Below, in pieces: positions 1 through 11,110 of a stretch of 32,000 nucleotides of DNA (position 1 is the stretch's first letter; every line of letters starts with the position of its first letter). The stretch is from Candidatus Saccharimonadota bacterium (GTDB taxonomy: Bacteria > Patescibacteriota > Gracilibacteria > BD1-5 > UBA6164), in assembly GCA_965227835.1 (NCBI GenBank), contig OZ245768.1, positions 1,380,001-1,412,000 on the forward strand, read 5' to 3'. The position numbers and the translations under genes were made by a program. The notes below the pieces were generated by a model. That model did no database searches, had not been told where the DNA came from, and saw only the letters and a list, made by a program, of their open reading frames with translations.

Positions 1-162
1 GAGACATATGATATGACAGCAACAGCAATTTATATAAAGCTTATGTGGTGTTTAGCTCAAATAAATAAAAAAATAAAGGCTGGTGTTTTAAGTAGTGATG
101 ATTTGATTCCAGTAATAAGAGAAATGTTTAATACAAATTATGTTGGAGAAGTTAGTATTTAA
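1..162 (+). CDS. atpA: Probable F1 ATP synthase alpha subunit, C-terminal fragment (5' end outside window)
   Basis: Frame 1 is open from the window edge to TAA at 160-162 (…LIPVIREMFNTNYVGEVSI*). It lies 11 nt upstream of atpG in the usual atpA-atpG-atpD-atpC order. The assignment rests mainly on position. Confidence 0.5.
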   Translation, partial: ETYDMTATAIYIKLMWCLAQINKKIKAGVLSSDDLIPVIREMFNTNYVGEVSI

Positions 163-173
163 CTTATATTTAA

Positions 174-1082
174 ATGCCAAATTCAAAAGAAATAAAAAGA
201 AAAATATGAAGTATTAAAAATACTTGAAAGATCACAAAAGCTATGGAGCTTATTTCCACTGTAAAGATGAAAAAAGCTCAAGATTTAGCTGTATCTAAAA
301 GAGAATTTGTTTTAGAAATTTTAAAGATATTTATTAGGATAGAACCATTTTTGTGAGATATACCTTTCTTTAAAAAAACACAAAATAAAAAAACTCTAGC
401 TGTGATTATTACTTCAAATAAATGACTTTGTGGATGATATAATATAAACGTTTTTAAAGAGGTGAGTAAGTATTCTAAAAATAGCAATGAAATTATAGAA
501 TATATAACTCTAGGAAAGAAAGCCTCAAATTTCGTACTTAGGACTTGAAATAAACTTTTAGCTGATTTTTCAGAAACTTTTACAGACAATTTAGAAACTA
601 TTTTTTCTAGAAATATTTCTAGAATGATAAATGATGAGTTTGTGTCTTGAAAATACCAAAAAGTTGTTGTTTTTTATAACCATTTTATAAATACCATAAA
701 CCAAAAACCTATAAAAAGAGAATTTTTACCTATTGAATCAGGAGAAATAAAAAAATATCTTTTTTCAGTTTTAGATTGACACTATGATTTGGAAAAAGAG
801 CTTAGTAATATTAAAAGTTTATCTCCAGAAATAGAGCCTTGAATAGAAGATTTGGCTAGCCATATTATTCCTATGATACTTGATATGATGTTTTTTGATG
901 TACTTTTAGATGCAAAAGCAAGTGAACATAGCTCTAGGATGATTGCAATGAAAAATGCCAAGGATAATGCCAGTAAAATAGCTTCAGATTTGACTTTGGT
1001 ATACAACAAAGCAAGACAAGCTTCTATTACCAGAGAAGTCTCTGAAATTACGGCTGGTGTAGAATCTATGAAAGATAGTTAG
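174..1082 (+). CDS. atpG: F1 ATP synthase gamma subunit
   Basis: Code-25 translation gives [36 protein letters not shown]…, ITSNKGLCGGYN and …[17 protein letters not shown]…[13 protein letters not shown]. These are the typical gamma N- and C-terminal helices and the LCGG motif. Several in-frame TGA codons fall at Gly positions. The standard-code track shows only the last 76 aa. Confidence 0.9.
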
Positions 1083-1268
1083 ACTAAATTTGAGTGTAGC
1101 TTATTTTGGTTATTTTGATATGTTGTTAAGGAAAAACCGAAAAATTATTATTTTATCAAAATTAAAGAATTTTTCAGCCTCTCTTTAAATTATATGAGAG
1201 TTACTATTTACAATATATAAAAATGTCTTAGTATAAGAGTGTAAATTTATAATTTAATCTTTTTAACT

Positions 1269-1586
1269 ATGAAACTACCAACTTTTATGAAAATTGTTTT
1301 AAATATTATATTTTATATAGTATATGTTTTATTTTTAACAATAATTGTAAGCTTTGCCTTACCTCTTTTATTTAACTTTTTTATTGATAGTAATACAGGT
1401 ATATCTAGTATTATACAGCTTATAATTGCAATTTTTGTTCTTTTTGTAACTACAATTTATAGAAGATATTTTTATATGTCTGTTGATTTTGGAAGTTTAG
1501 CATTTTGAAAAACAGATAAACAAGATAGTGAGTCTAATTTTATGCAAGAAGAAGAACTGGATATTTTAATACCCAAGGAAAAGTAA
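1269..1586 (+). CDS. Small hypothetical membrane protein (about 105 aa, two hydrophobic segments)
   Basis: The ATG at 1269 opens a frame that reads through one TGA (1506-1508) to TAA at 1584-1586. There are two long hydrophobic stretches and an acidic tail. No family recognised. Confidence 0.55.
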
Positions 1587-1760
1587 TATAATTTTAAAAT
1601 TTTGAAAATAAGTTAACATTTAACAACCAAGCTAATTTTAAAATTACTTATTGCTTTGTTATTTAAGGAAACCCTGAAAAATTCATTTAAAAGAAAAACA
1701 ATTCTTTTTTGTTCCTAATAAAATTAAAAAATTTTTAAAAATTAATATAAATTAAAAAAT

Positions 1761-3152
<1,392 letters not shown>

Positions 3153-3176
3153 AAATTTATTAAAAAATTTTAGAAT

Positions 3177-3608
3177 ATGGAACTACAAATACTTAGTTTT
3201 GATGGAAAAAAAATTGAAAATGACAATGTCTTGTCTATAACTTTGATGACTAAAACTTGAGAAATAACTGTCTTGGATAAGCATACTTCTTTGATTACTA
3301 GTGTAAAGCCTAGTACTATGTATTATGTTTATAGAGATGAAAACAACATGCAAAATAGAGATGATGTTGCAATATGAAATTGAGTTGTGGAAATAGCTGA
3401 TAGCAAGGTTAAGGTTATGGTTGATATGCTTGTTGATATTGAGGATTTGGACTTGGGACATCTAGAGAGAGCTAAAGTAGAAGCTCAAAAAAAGATGGAG
3501 GATTTAAGAGGTTCTAAGGATAAAATTGATATGGAACAGTTTATTGAAGCTGAAGATGCTTTACTTAAATCTATAGCTTCTTTGAAGTTGTATGATATGA
3601 AGAAGTAG
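3177..3608 (+). CDS. atpC: F1 ATP synthase epsilon subunit
   Basis: 143-aa product directly after atpD. The N-terminal beta-sandwich-like part (MELQILSFDGKKIEND…GEITVLDKHTSLITSVKPS) is followed by a C-terminal helical hairpin (LERAKVEAQKKMEDL…). Confidence 0.85.
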
Positions 3609-3711
3609 GGGTTTTACTCATTTGAGGTTTAATTGTAAAAAGTGTGTGGCTGGTTAAGTTAGTTTTCCCCATGTATGAGAGCTAAAATTAGTTTAATTTT
3701 TCTCTCTTTTT

Positions 3712-4686
3712 TTAATCCCTATAAAATATAGAACTAACATATAAATATCAAACCACAAAATATATAATAACTACAAAACTAAAATCTAGAGTTATAGCCA
3801 AATCAAATATAAAATGCAGAGACACCGTGAAAAATATTCATATTAAAAAGACTTTTAAATAGGGAAATATTTGAGGTCTTTTTTTGTATCACAAATAAGC
3901 CTTTGTAAAAAAGTATGCTATAATACTTGAACAAAATACATGTACCATTATAGAAAATACACTCCTAAAAAAATATATCTTTGTAAGTTCAAAGCTTATT
4001 CAAGAAGCATTATATAGACTATAAAAATACAAGATATTCTCTATAAAAGAAAATCATAGAGCTACAAATATGGCATAAAGCACTCAATCTTTTGTGCTTT
4101 TAATTTCTAAAATACCAGCTGAAATGAAGTTAAAATGTTTGGAAGATTCTTCTATAAAAGCCACTAAAACATAATAAAATATTATTAGCTTTAGAGTATT
4201 AAAAATAGTCTCTCAAAAATATATTTGGGAGAAACTAGAGATATTTTTGTTTAAAAAAACAAAATCTTTTGATATTAAATCCAAAGCATAAAAAAGAAGT
4301 GAAATTATACACACAAAAATTATAAAAATTAAGAAATTCCTAGAATAAAAAGCTAAAATTGACATCTTCTTTCTTAAAAATAGACTAAAAATAAAACTTA
4401 AAATTACAATTAAGCCTAAAAAAATACTCAAAGATAAACCAAAACTTAAAGTTCAAAAAAAACTTCAAATATCTTTTGCATACTGAAAGAAATTTATGCT
4501 TTCTATTTTTAAAAAACCTATTAATTCATCCATATAAAGTATAGGTACTACACTTAAAATACCAGAAACTATTCATAGAAAAAATCTATTTCTATTAAAC
4601 TTTTCTTCTGAAATACTTGAAAAAATATATGCCCAAAATAAAATAGGCATAAAACTTATGAAAGCTATTAAAACTATATTTAGCAT
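3712..4686 (-). CDS. PrsW-family intramembrane protease-like protein (polytopic membrane protein)
   Basis: Continuous 324-aa code-25 frame, checked codon by codon from 4215 down to the TAA at 3712-3714. It is multi-TM and carries AFIEESSKH, GFSFIENILY and a later H-rich helix (SIMVHVF…), the pattern typical of PrsW/CPBP-like proteases. Confidence 0.65.
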
Positions 4687-4830
4687 TATTATTTTAAGTT
4701 AAATAAATTCTCCTTAATACATTTTACTAGCTTTAATTCTAATATCAAAAAATATAGCAAAAAACATTATTTTAGAGTTTTTCCATATTTTTTTCAATTG
4801 TTCATATTTTAATTTTTACACATTTAAATT

Positions 4831-5478
4831 ATGCTAAAAAAAGATATAGATTTTTTCGCAAAGACACTCTATAATATGTACCCAAATGCAAAAACTGAAT
4901 TGGAATACTACAACAATTTTCAATTACTTATTGCTATAATTATGTCTGCTCAAACTACTGATAAGCAAGTTAATAAAGTCAATAAAACCTTTTTTAAAGA
5001 TCTAAAAGAACCTAAAGATGGTTTGAAGTTATGATTATTAGGATTAAAGAATCACATAAAAAGTATTTCTTTTTTTAACAACAAAGCAAACAATATATAC
5101 AAAACCTGTAAAATATTAGCTGAAAATAAAACTGATACAAAATTAGATAGCTTTGACACGATTGAAAAACTTTTAAAGCTACCTGGGGTTTGAATAAAAA
5201 CTGCCAAGGTATTTTTGGCAATAACCAAAGATTATCCTTATCTAGCAGTTGATACTCATGTTCACAGGGTATTAAATAGAGTTTGACTTGTAAATACAAA
5301 AACTCCCCTAGAAACTGATAAAAAGGCAGAAAAATTATTTAACAAACAAAATTTATGAAATATGCATCATGGGTTAATACTTTTTTGAAGGTATCACTGC
5401 ACTGCAACTAAAAAACCTAAATGTTACTCTTGTCCACTTTTAGAAAAATGCAGCTACAAAAACAAAAATTTAGTTTAA
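4831..5478 (+). CDS. nth: Endonuclease III (DNA glycosylase/AP lyase)
   Basis: SAQTTDKQVNKV…, helix-hairpin-helix LPGVGIKTAKVFL, VDTHVHRVLNRVG, and a C-terminal 4Fe-4S cluster motif CTATKKPKCYSCPLLEKC. In-frame TGA codons fall at Gly positions. Confidence 0.9.
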
Positions 5479-5513
5479 AAATACTTACAAAAACAACTAA
5501 ATTTCTCAGTTTT

Positions 5514-5858
5514 TTATTCATCTAATACATCTCTTCTCCTTACAAACTCATCATAATATACAGAATGTCTATCAATATATTCTTTTCACCAAGAACTTAT
5601 TAATGAATCTATTTTATCAGGTATTCTATTAATATTTTCGCTATCTTCCATGTCTATTATTAACTGTGATATATTCATATTATCTATAAAGAAACTTACT
5701 TGCATTTTTATCCGGAAATCTTTTTTGGTTATATATCTTGTGAAAAATCTATCATCACTTATTCAAATACAATATGAATCTATATAACTAAGGATCTTGT
5801 TTCCTATTTTATTAATTATAGAGTTTCTGTTTCAAACTATATAGCTAGTATTATCCAT
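5514..5858 (-). CDS. Hypothetical protein (114 aa)
   Basis: ATG at 5858 to TAA at 5514-5516, open with TGA=Gly (MDNTSYIVGNRNSIINKIG…VRRRDVLDE*). No motif recognised. Confidence 0.45.
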
Positions 5859-5888
5859 TTTTTATAGTATTAGTTATAATCTTTTCTT

Positions 5889-5988
5889 AAAAAGAGGGGT
5901 ATTTTAAACTCTCTTTATATATCGCTAAATACATATCTAAATTGAAAAAAACCAAAATAGAAGGAAGAGCTAAAATACCCCTCTTTTT
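5889..5988. repeat. Perfect 18-bp inverted repeat (AAAAAGAGGGGTATTTTA / TAAAATACCCCTCTTTTT) flanking a 64-bp spacer
   Basis: The arms at 5889-5906 and 5971-5988 are exact reverse complements. They are the only G/C-rich blocks in this AT-rich intergenic region. Confidence 0.7.
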
Positions 5989-6050
5989 AGTTTTTTCCAA
6001 TTAATGTATTTAGCTTTGTATAATTTAAGTAAAGACAAGAAAAAAGCAAT

Positions 6051-6085
6051 AAAAATTCGGTAGAAATTTTTTCTACCGAATTTTT
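6051..6085. terminator. Rho-independent-type hairpin (16-bp stem, 3-nt loop, A/T runs on both sides)
   Basis: AAAAATTCGGTAGAAA ttt TTTCTACCGAATTTTT. It lies 28 nt downstream of the stop of the minus-strand gene 6113-6391. Confidence 0.65.
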
Positions 6086-6112
6086 ATTATAAAATATTTT
6101 AAAAACACTATT

Positions 6113-6391
6113 TTAAGCTACTTTTTGCATTTCTTGTCTAATATCATCTAAACTCCTTCTAGAAGTTAGGATAGCTATTTTTCCTCTTATTTCTCAAATA
6201 GCTTCTGCTAAATTGGGAAAATCACAACAAAGATCAACAAGATGTTTATCCAGAGAAGCTAAATGTTTGTCCTCTACATTTTCTGGCTGTATATTTAATA
6301 TAGCTTCAACAGTAGGTGGCATTTTTCATAGAAAATCTAAATTTTCTTCACCTCCGTGGCTTCTGCAATTTATTCCAGATTCTTTTAGCAT
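6113..6391 (-). CDS. Hypothetical protein (92 aa)
   Basis: ATG at 6391 to TAA at 6113-6115 with two TGA=Gly codons (MLKESGINCRSHGGEENLDFLGKMPP…RQEMQKVA*). The plus-strand ORF 6213-6404 in the track is its antisense artefact. Confidence 0.5.
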
Positions 6392-6421
6392 TTTTATTTT
6401 TTAATTTTTATTTTTATCTCC

Positions 6422-6667
6422 CTATTTTTTATAAAGATTTCTTATATCTGAAAATACCTCTCCTATAAGTATTTTTCTTTCAATCTCTACTTGTTTATGC
6501 ATCAAACTTACATTAAAAACCAGAGTTTCGAAGTTATTTATTATGTTTTGCTTTTTTTTAGCTGGTAATAAATTAAAAATCTGATTTATTTCATACTTAT
6601 CACTATTACTAAGATTGGATTTTTCAAATAGTTCTTTTAGCTTTGTATTCATGATTACATTTAACAT
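6422..6667 (-). CDS. Hypothetical protein (81 aa)
   Basis: ORF from the supplied track, same strand as and just downstream of pilC. No motif recognised. An alternative start at the MNTKLKELF methionine is possible. Confidence 0.4.
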   Translation of the reverse strand: MLNVIMNTKLKELFEKSNLSNSDKYEINQIFNLLPAKKKQNIINNFETLVFNVSLMHKQVEIERKILIGEVFSDIRNLYKK

Positions 6668-6804
6668 AAATTATTATATCATATTTAATTATATAATCAC
6701 AAATTTTTTTATCAAATTTTTCAAACTTTAGATAGACAATTTTAATTTTTTAATTTAAGGAAAACCTTAAAAAAACCCATATTATGATTTTAAATTAATA
6801 TTTT

Positions 6805-7941
6805 TTATATAACATTAACCATATTAAAAAAAGGTAACATTATTGCCATTATCAAAGTTCAAATAATTATTCAAACTATCATTATTACAACAGGTTCTAT
6901 AACACTAGAAAGATTTTTTGTAATATTATCTATCTCTTTATTAAATTTTTTAGATATTTTTTCAAGCAATTCTGCAAGCCTTCAGGTTTGTTCTCAAATT
7001 TTTACCACACTAGAAAGTTCTACTGGAAAATAAAAATTTGATTTTCAGTTCTTTATTTCATTTATTCACATAAGACAGCTAAGATTTTCACCTTTTCTGA
7101 CACCTTTAATAATATCTTTTAATTTCTTCTCATAACAATCATTTTCCAAAGCCCTTGAGCTTATTTCTAATGCCTTGTTTATAATAACTCATCTAGATAA
7201 AAGTACTCAAAGAGAATTTGTAAAAAGAGCCAAAGTTTTCTTTTTTATAAGTCAACCAAAAACAGGAATATGTAAAATCATCGTATCCCAATATATTTTT
7301 GTGTATTTACTTGTTTTAAAAATTTTTATACAAGCTATAAGAACTATAAATCACAAAATAATTAAATTTATATTATTTTGTATAAATTCAGAAGCATATA
7401 TTACATTGTTGGTAAGATCTGGAAGATTAACTTTGGCATCCTTATACATTCATTTTATCTTTGGTATTACATATATCATAAAAATAAATATCATAGAAAC
7501 TGATAGAAATACTATCAACATAGGATATATAAGTGCTCAAAGTATTTTTCATTTTAACTCCTTTGTCTTTTCTTCTTTTTCCTTTATGGTATCAATAGAC
7601 TCTGATAAATTACCCGTTAATTCTCACATTTCAATAATAGAAATATCAAAAGAATTAAAGGTTCTTTCGTGTATAGAAAATATATATTTAAGATCTTTAC
7701 CTGTTTTTAGTTTTTGTAATGTATCTTCTATAATTATCTTTATTTTTTTGTTTTTGGATTGGTGTCTCATTATTGTAAATGAGTTTATTATAGGTATACC
7801 ACTTCAAAGCAAATTTGATAACTGTTCCAAGAAAAAGATTTTTTCTTTTACACTTAGTTTTACTCAATTGTTTTTAAATATTTTTTTTAAGTTTATTTCC
7901 ATATTTTTTCAAAAAGAAACCATTTCTTTATATTCTAGCAT
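6805..7941 (-). CDS. pilC: Type II secretion / type IV pilus platform protein (GspF/PilC family)
   Basis: 378-aa code-25 frame. It has two repeats of the T2SS-F domain (…LEQLSNLLGSGIPIINSF…FDISIIEMGELTGNL… and …FTNSLGVLLSRGVIINKALEI…FPVELSSVVKIGEQTGRLAELL…) and three TM segments ending …MLPFFNMVNVI*. The 256-aa plus-strand ORF 7175-7945 in the track is antisense to it. Confidence 0.85.
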
Positions 7942-8007
7942 TTAATTTGAAATTTTTCAAAAAAAATCTAAAATATATTTCAACTGTAATTTAATATCTA
8001 TTACAAA

Positions 8008-8442
8008 ATGAAAATATTTTGAATTTCGGATAAAAACCAAAATCCTAGTATGGATTTTGAAGAAGCTGAAAATGATATAAATGATAAAAGAATTGATGAT
8101 CTAGAAGGACAAATTGCTCTTGATATAATTGAAAATCAAGAGGAATTTTTGATTGTATCTCCTATTGCCTGAGTAAATTTAGAAAATATAGATATTTCTC
8201 TAGAAAGTGATGTTTTAACTATAAGTTGATTTAGAGAAGAACTTAGTGATATATATTGTGATAATAATATTACTAGAATATCTGAAGTTTTTTGGTGAAA
8301 ATTTAGCAGAAATATAATACTCCCTGATAATTTAGACCTAGACTCTATAAAAGCAGTTTTAGAGAAAAATATACTTATAATAAAAATATCCAAACTTAAA
8401 TTTAAATGACAAGCGATAAAAATAGAAGAAATAAATGAATAG
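8008..8442 (+). CDS. Small heat-shock protein, Hsp20/alpha-crystallin family
   Basis: …GQIALDIIENQEEFLIVSPIAGVNLENIDISLESDVLTISGFRE…FWGKFSRNIILPDNLDLDSIKAVLEKNILIIKISK… is the typical ACD pattern. Confidence 0.85.
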
Positions 8443-8520
8443 TTTATTTGAATATATTTAGACTTTTATTGAATTTTAAAACTTTTATCAATAGATCAGG
8501 AATTTAATAATTTTACAAAA

Positions 8521-8748
8521 ATGTTTTTTAAGAAGAAAAAAGATAAAGCTAAAAGAAAGCTGGATAGTTTAGCTACTTGACTCATAATCTGAGGTGCTGT
8601 TGCATGAGTTATAGGCTTATCAAAAACTGAAAAATGAAAAAAAATAACTAAAAGTTTATGACAAGAAACAAAAAAAGCTTTTTCAAAAACTCACAATATT
8701 TTTTGAAAAATCATAGTTTCAATCTTAGATAACATAATTAAAAAATAA
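8521..8748 (+). CDS. Small YtxH-like membrane-anchored protein (75 aa)
   Basis: A basic N-terminus is followed by the Gly-zipper helix LATGLIIGGAVAGVIGL (four of its Gly are TGA) and a Lys-rich tail. Family call is tentative. Confidence 0.45.
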
Positions 8749-8751
8749 TTT

Positions 8752-9333
8752 ATGAAAAAAATCTTTTTTATTTTATTTGTTTTTGTGTTCTGTTTTAAAA
8801 ATACATATTCTTCAACCATTGAAGATACAAAAGATTTATTTCAAAATTCAACTGATAAATATTTTTCACCAATAGATGAACAAATAGAAAATTATTTATC
8901 AAATTTGGAAAAATCTAAAAATCATTGTTTTTGACAAGACAAAAAACAAAACTTTGTTCAATGTATAAACGATATAGAGAAAAATTTTGATTCTTATGCC
9001 TTAAAATATAAAGAAACCTGTCCTAAAATAATAAATGATACTATGCAAGAAATTGATGAAAACTATATATCATCCACCCAAGCTCAAAAATTTTTATATT
9101 CTAAAAATAATGATAGCTTGTGTGCTAGATTATATGAATTTAAGATAAGAATTTATAGAGAAACAGCATATGATATATTAAAAATCAACAAGAAACAAAT
9201 ACTTCAAGATGAAAACAAATTTTTTACCCAAAATCAAAGAGATAGATATTCTAGTTTATTAGATTTGATAAGAACTAACATTTGATATATAGAGAGAATA
9301 TGGAAAAAGTGGCCAAGTAAAACTCAAAAATAA
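8752..9333 (+). CDS. Secreted hypothetical protein with N-terminal signal peptide (193 aa)
   Basis: MKKIFFILFVFVFCFKNTYSS… The two track ORFs 8752-8934 and 9043-9285 are in one frame joined through TGA codons. TAA at 9331-9333. Confidence 0.6.
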
Positions 9334-9355
9334 TACAAATTAAATAATTAAAAAA

Positions 9356-10033
9356 ATGTCTGATAACTACTATGATATACTAGGTGTTTCAAAAGATTCA
9401 AGTAGCGAAGAAATAAAAAAAGCATATAGAAAAAAAGCTATGCAATATCATCCAGATAGAGCTAAATGAGACAAAAAACAAGCAGAAAAAAAATTTAAAG
9501 ATTTAGGTGAAGCATACGAAGTTTTGTCTGATGAAAAAAAAAGACAACAATATGATATGTTTTGATCATCTAGACAAAATCCTTTTTGATGATGAAACTC
9601 TTATAACTCTAGTTGAACATCTTGATTTGAAGATATTTTTTCTAGTATGTCTTGATCATGAGGTTCTTTTTCTTGAAAAACATGATGATTTGATTTTAAT
9701 TTGGAAGATTTATTTTGATGATGAAAAAATAGACAATATGAAGATAAAAGAGAACCTATAATTTTGGATTTTGAAAAAACTTATGAAATTCCTATTTTTG
9801 ATTTTATACTGTGAAAAAACTTAGAAGTAAAAGGAGTTTACTGACAAAAATCTATGATAAAAATACCTACTTGAACTAAGCCCTGAACAAAAATGAGAGT
9901 AAAGGGCCTATGAAAGAAACAAGGATGAGAAGTTTGAAATTTGATTATAAAACTTGAGGCTAAAATGCCCAAAAATATATCTGATATGGATAAAAATATG
10001 CTTGAAAGAATAAGTGAATCTATATGATATTAA
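9356..10033 (+). CDS. DnaJ/CbpA-like J-domain co-chaperone lacking the zinc-finger domain
   Basis: J domain [31 protein letters not shown]…[21 protein letters not shown]. It is followed by a G/F-rich linker in which runs of Gly are encoded tga tga tga (9587-9595 and 9716-9724). A single C-terminal beta domain follows (…[26 protein letters not shown]…). No CxxCxGxG repeats. Confidence 0.85.
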
Positions 10034-10050
10034 ATTGTTAATACAAAACT

Positions 10051-10083
10051 AAAAAATTAGCTTTTTAAAAAAGCTAATTTTTT
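10051..10083. terminator. Bidirectional hairpin terminator between convergent genes
   Basis: AAAAAATTAGCTTTTT/AAAAAGCTAATTTTTT palindrome between the dnaJ-like stop (10033) and the stop of the minus-strand gene at 10113. Confidence 0.6.
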
Positions 10084-10112
10084 GTTAAGGTTTAAATTTT
10101 TCGTTTCACTTT

Positions 10113-10433
10113 TTAACATGAACATCAACTACCACATCAACCTGGGGCACATCATCAAGAAGAGCTTCAACCTCAAATTATGCTTACAAGCATTGATTTT
10201 ATTTCCTCTTGACTAGGAGTTTGTCATTCAAATATCATATCTTTAAATTCTATAGATTCTTCTTCTATTATCAAAGCAGGTTCTGCTTTGATTCAAAATT
10301 CTTTTTTATAATCAGAACTTTCACTGTTTTCCAATTCTATAAAATCATTTAAACCAAGTTCTTCAAGGCATAAATTTAATATATTCATCAACTCCTTTGT
10401 ATTTTCTTTTTTTCAATAAACTATTATTTTCAT
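10113..10433 (-). CDS. Thioredoxin-fold-like small protein lacking CxxC, with a Gly/Ser/Cys-rich C-terminal tail
   Basis: 106 aa: MKIIVYGKKENTKELMNILNLCLEELGL…AEPALIIEEE…QTPSQEEIKSMLVSII. This resembles the small MTH895/redox-active-disulfide-protein-2 type fold but without the active-site cysteines. The tail is GGGSSSGGCAPGGCGSGCSC*, with most tail Gly encoded by TGA. Confidence 0.55.
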
Positions 10434-10492
10434 ATTTTTATATAATTATTAAAATTAAAATTTTGTAATTATTGAAGTATTTCAGGGTTTCC

Positions 10493-11110
10493 TTAACTTT
10501 CAGTTTCATCTCATTTGCTTTCTTTGTCTTCTTCAGCCTCTGTGCTGTCTTCTATTTTTTCTGTTCTAGGTTTACTAGCTATTGCTATAACCTCGTCTTT
10601 AGAATTTGTTATCTGAATATTATCAGGCACCTTTACATCAGAAACTTTTATATTATCCTCCACTTTTGCTAATATAGATAAGTCTACATCTATATGATCA
10701 ATCAAATCTTCAGGTAAACATGATATCTCTAATTCTTTTTGTAGTTCTTCAAGGATTGCTCAATCCCTTACAGCTTCAGATTCTCAAATGAAATTTAGGT
10801 GAACTTTTGTATTAAGTTTTTCTCCTTTTGTTAATGCAAAAAAGTCTACATGTGTAAAGTTTCAAGTAACCGGATCTTTTTGAAAATCATGAACCAAAAC
10901 CTCTATTTCTTTTTTCCCAAATTTTAAATTAATTATATTTGATTCTCAAGTTTTTCTAAAAAGTTTTAAAAATTCAGAATAATCAATTATCAAACTTACA
11001 GCTTCCTGTTTTTTACCATAAACTACTCAAGGAAGCTTCATTTGCTTTCTTAAATGTTTACAGTTCTCATCTTTTGCTCTTATTTGAGCTTCAATACTAA
11101 AACTTGTCAT
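10493..11110 (-). CDS. rplY: Ribosomal protein L25 / general stress protein Ctc
   Basis: MTSFSIEAQIRAKDENCKHLRKQMKLPGVVYGKKQEAVSLIID…VLVHDFQKDPVTGNFTHVDF… with an acidic C-terminal extension. The track ORF 10511-10705 is an internal piece. Confidence 0.85.

Noticed and set aside
3609-3711. A structured RNA or terminator between the convergent atpC and PrsW-like genes
   Set aside because: I could not find a convincing stem-loop or any conserved ncRNA signature by eye.
7175-7945. The 256-aa plus-strand ORF, the second longest in the supplied track
   Set aside because: It is low-complexity, Ile/Phe/Ser-rich and has no motif. It lies exactly antisense to a minus-strand frame that, with TGA=Gly, encodes a complete PilC/GspF protein. 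It is an artefact of AT-rich sequence lacking stops on the opposite strand.
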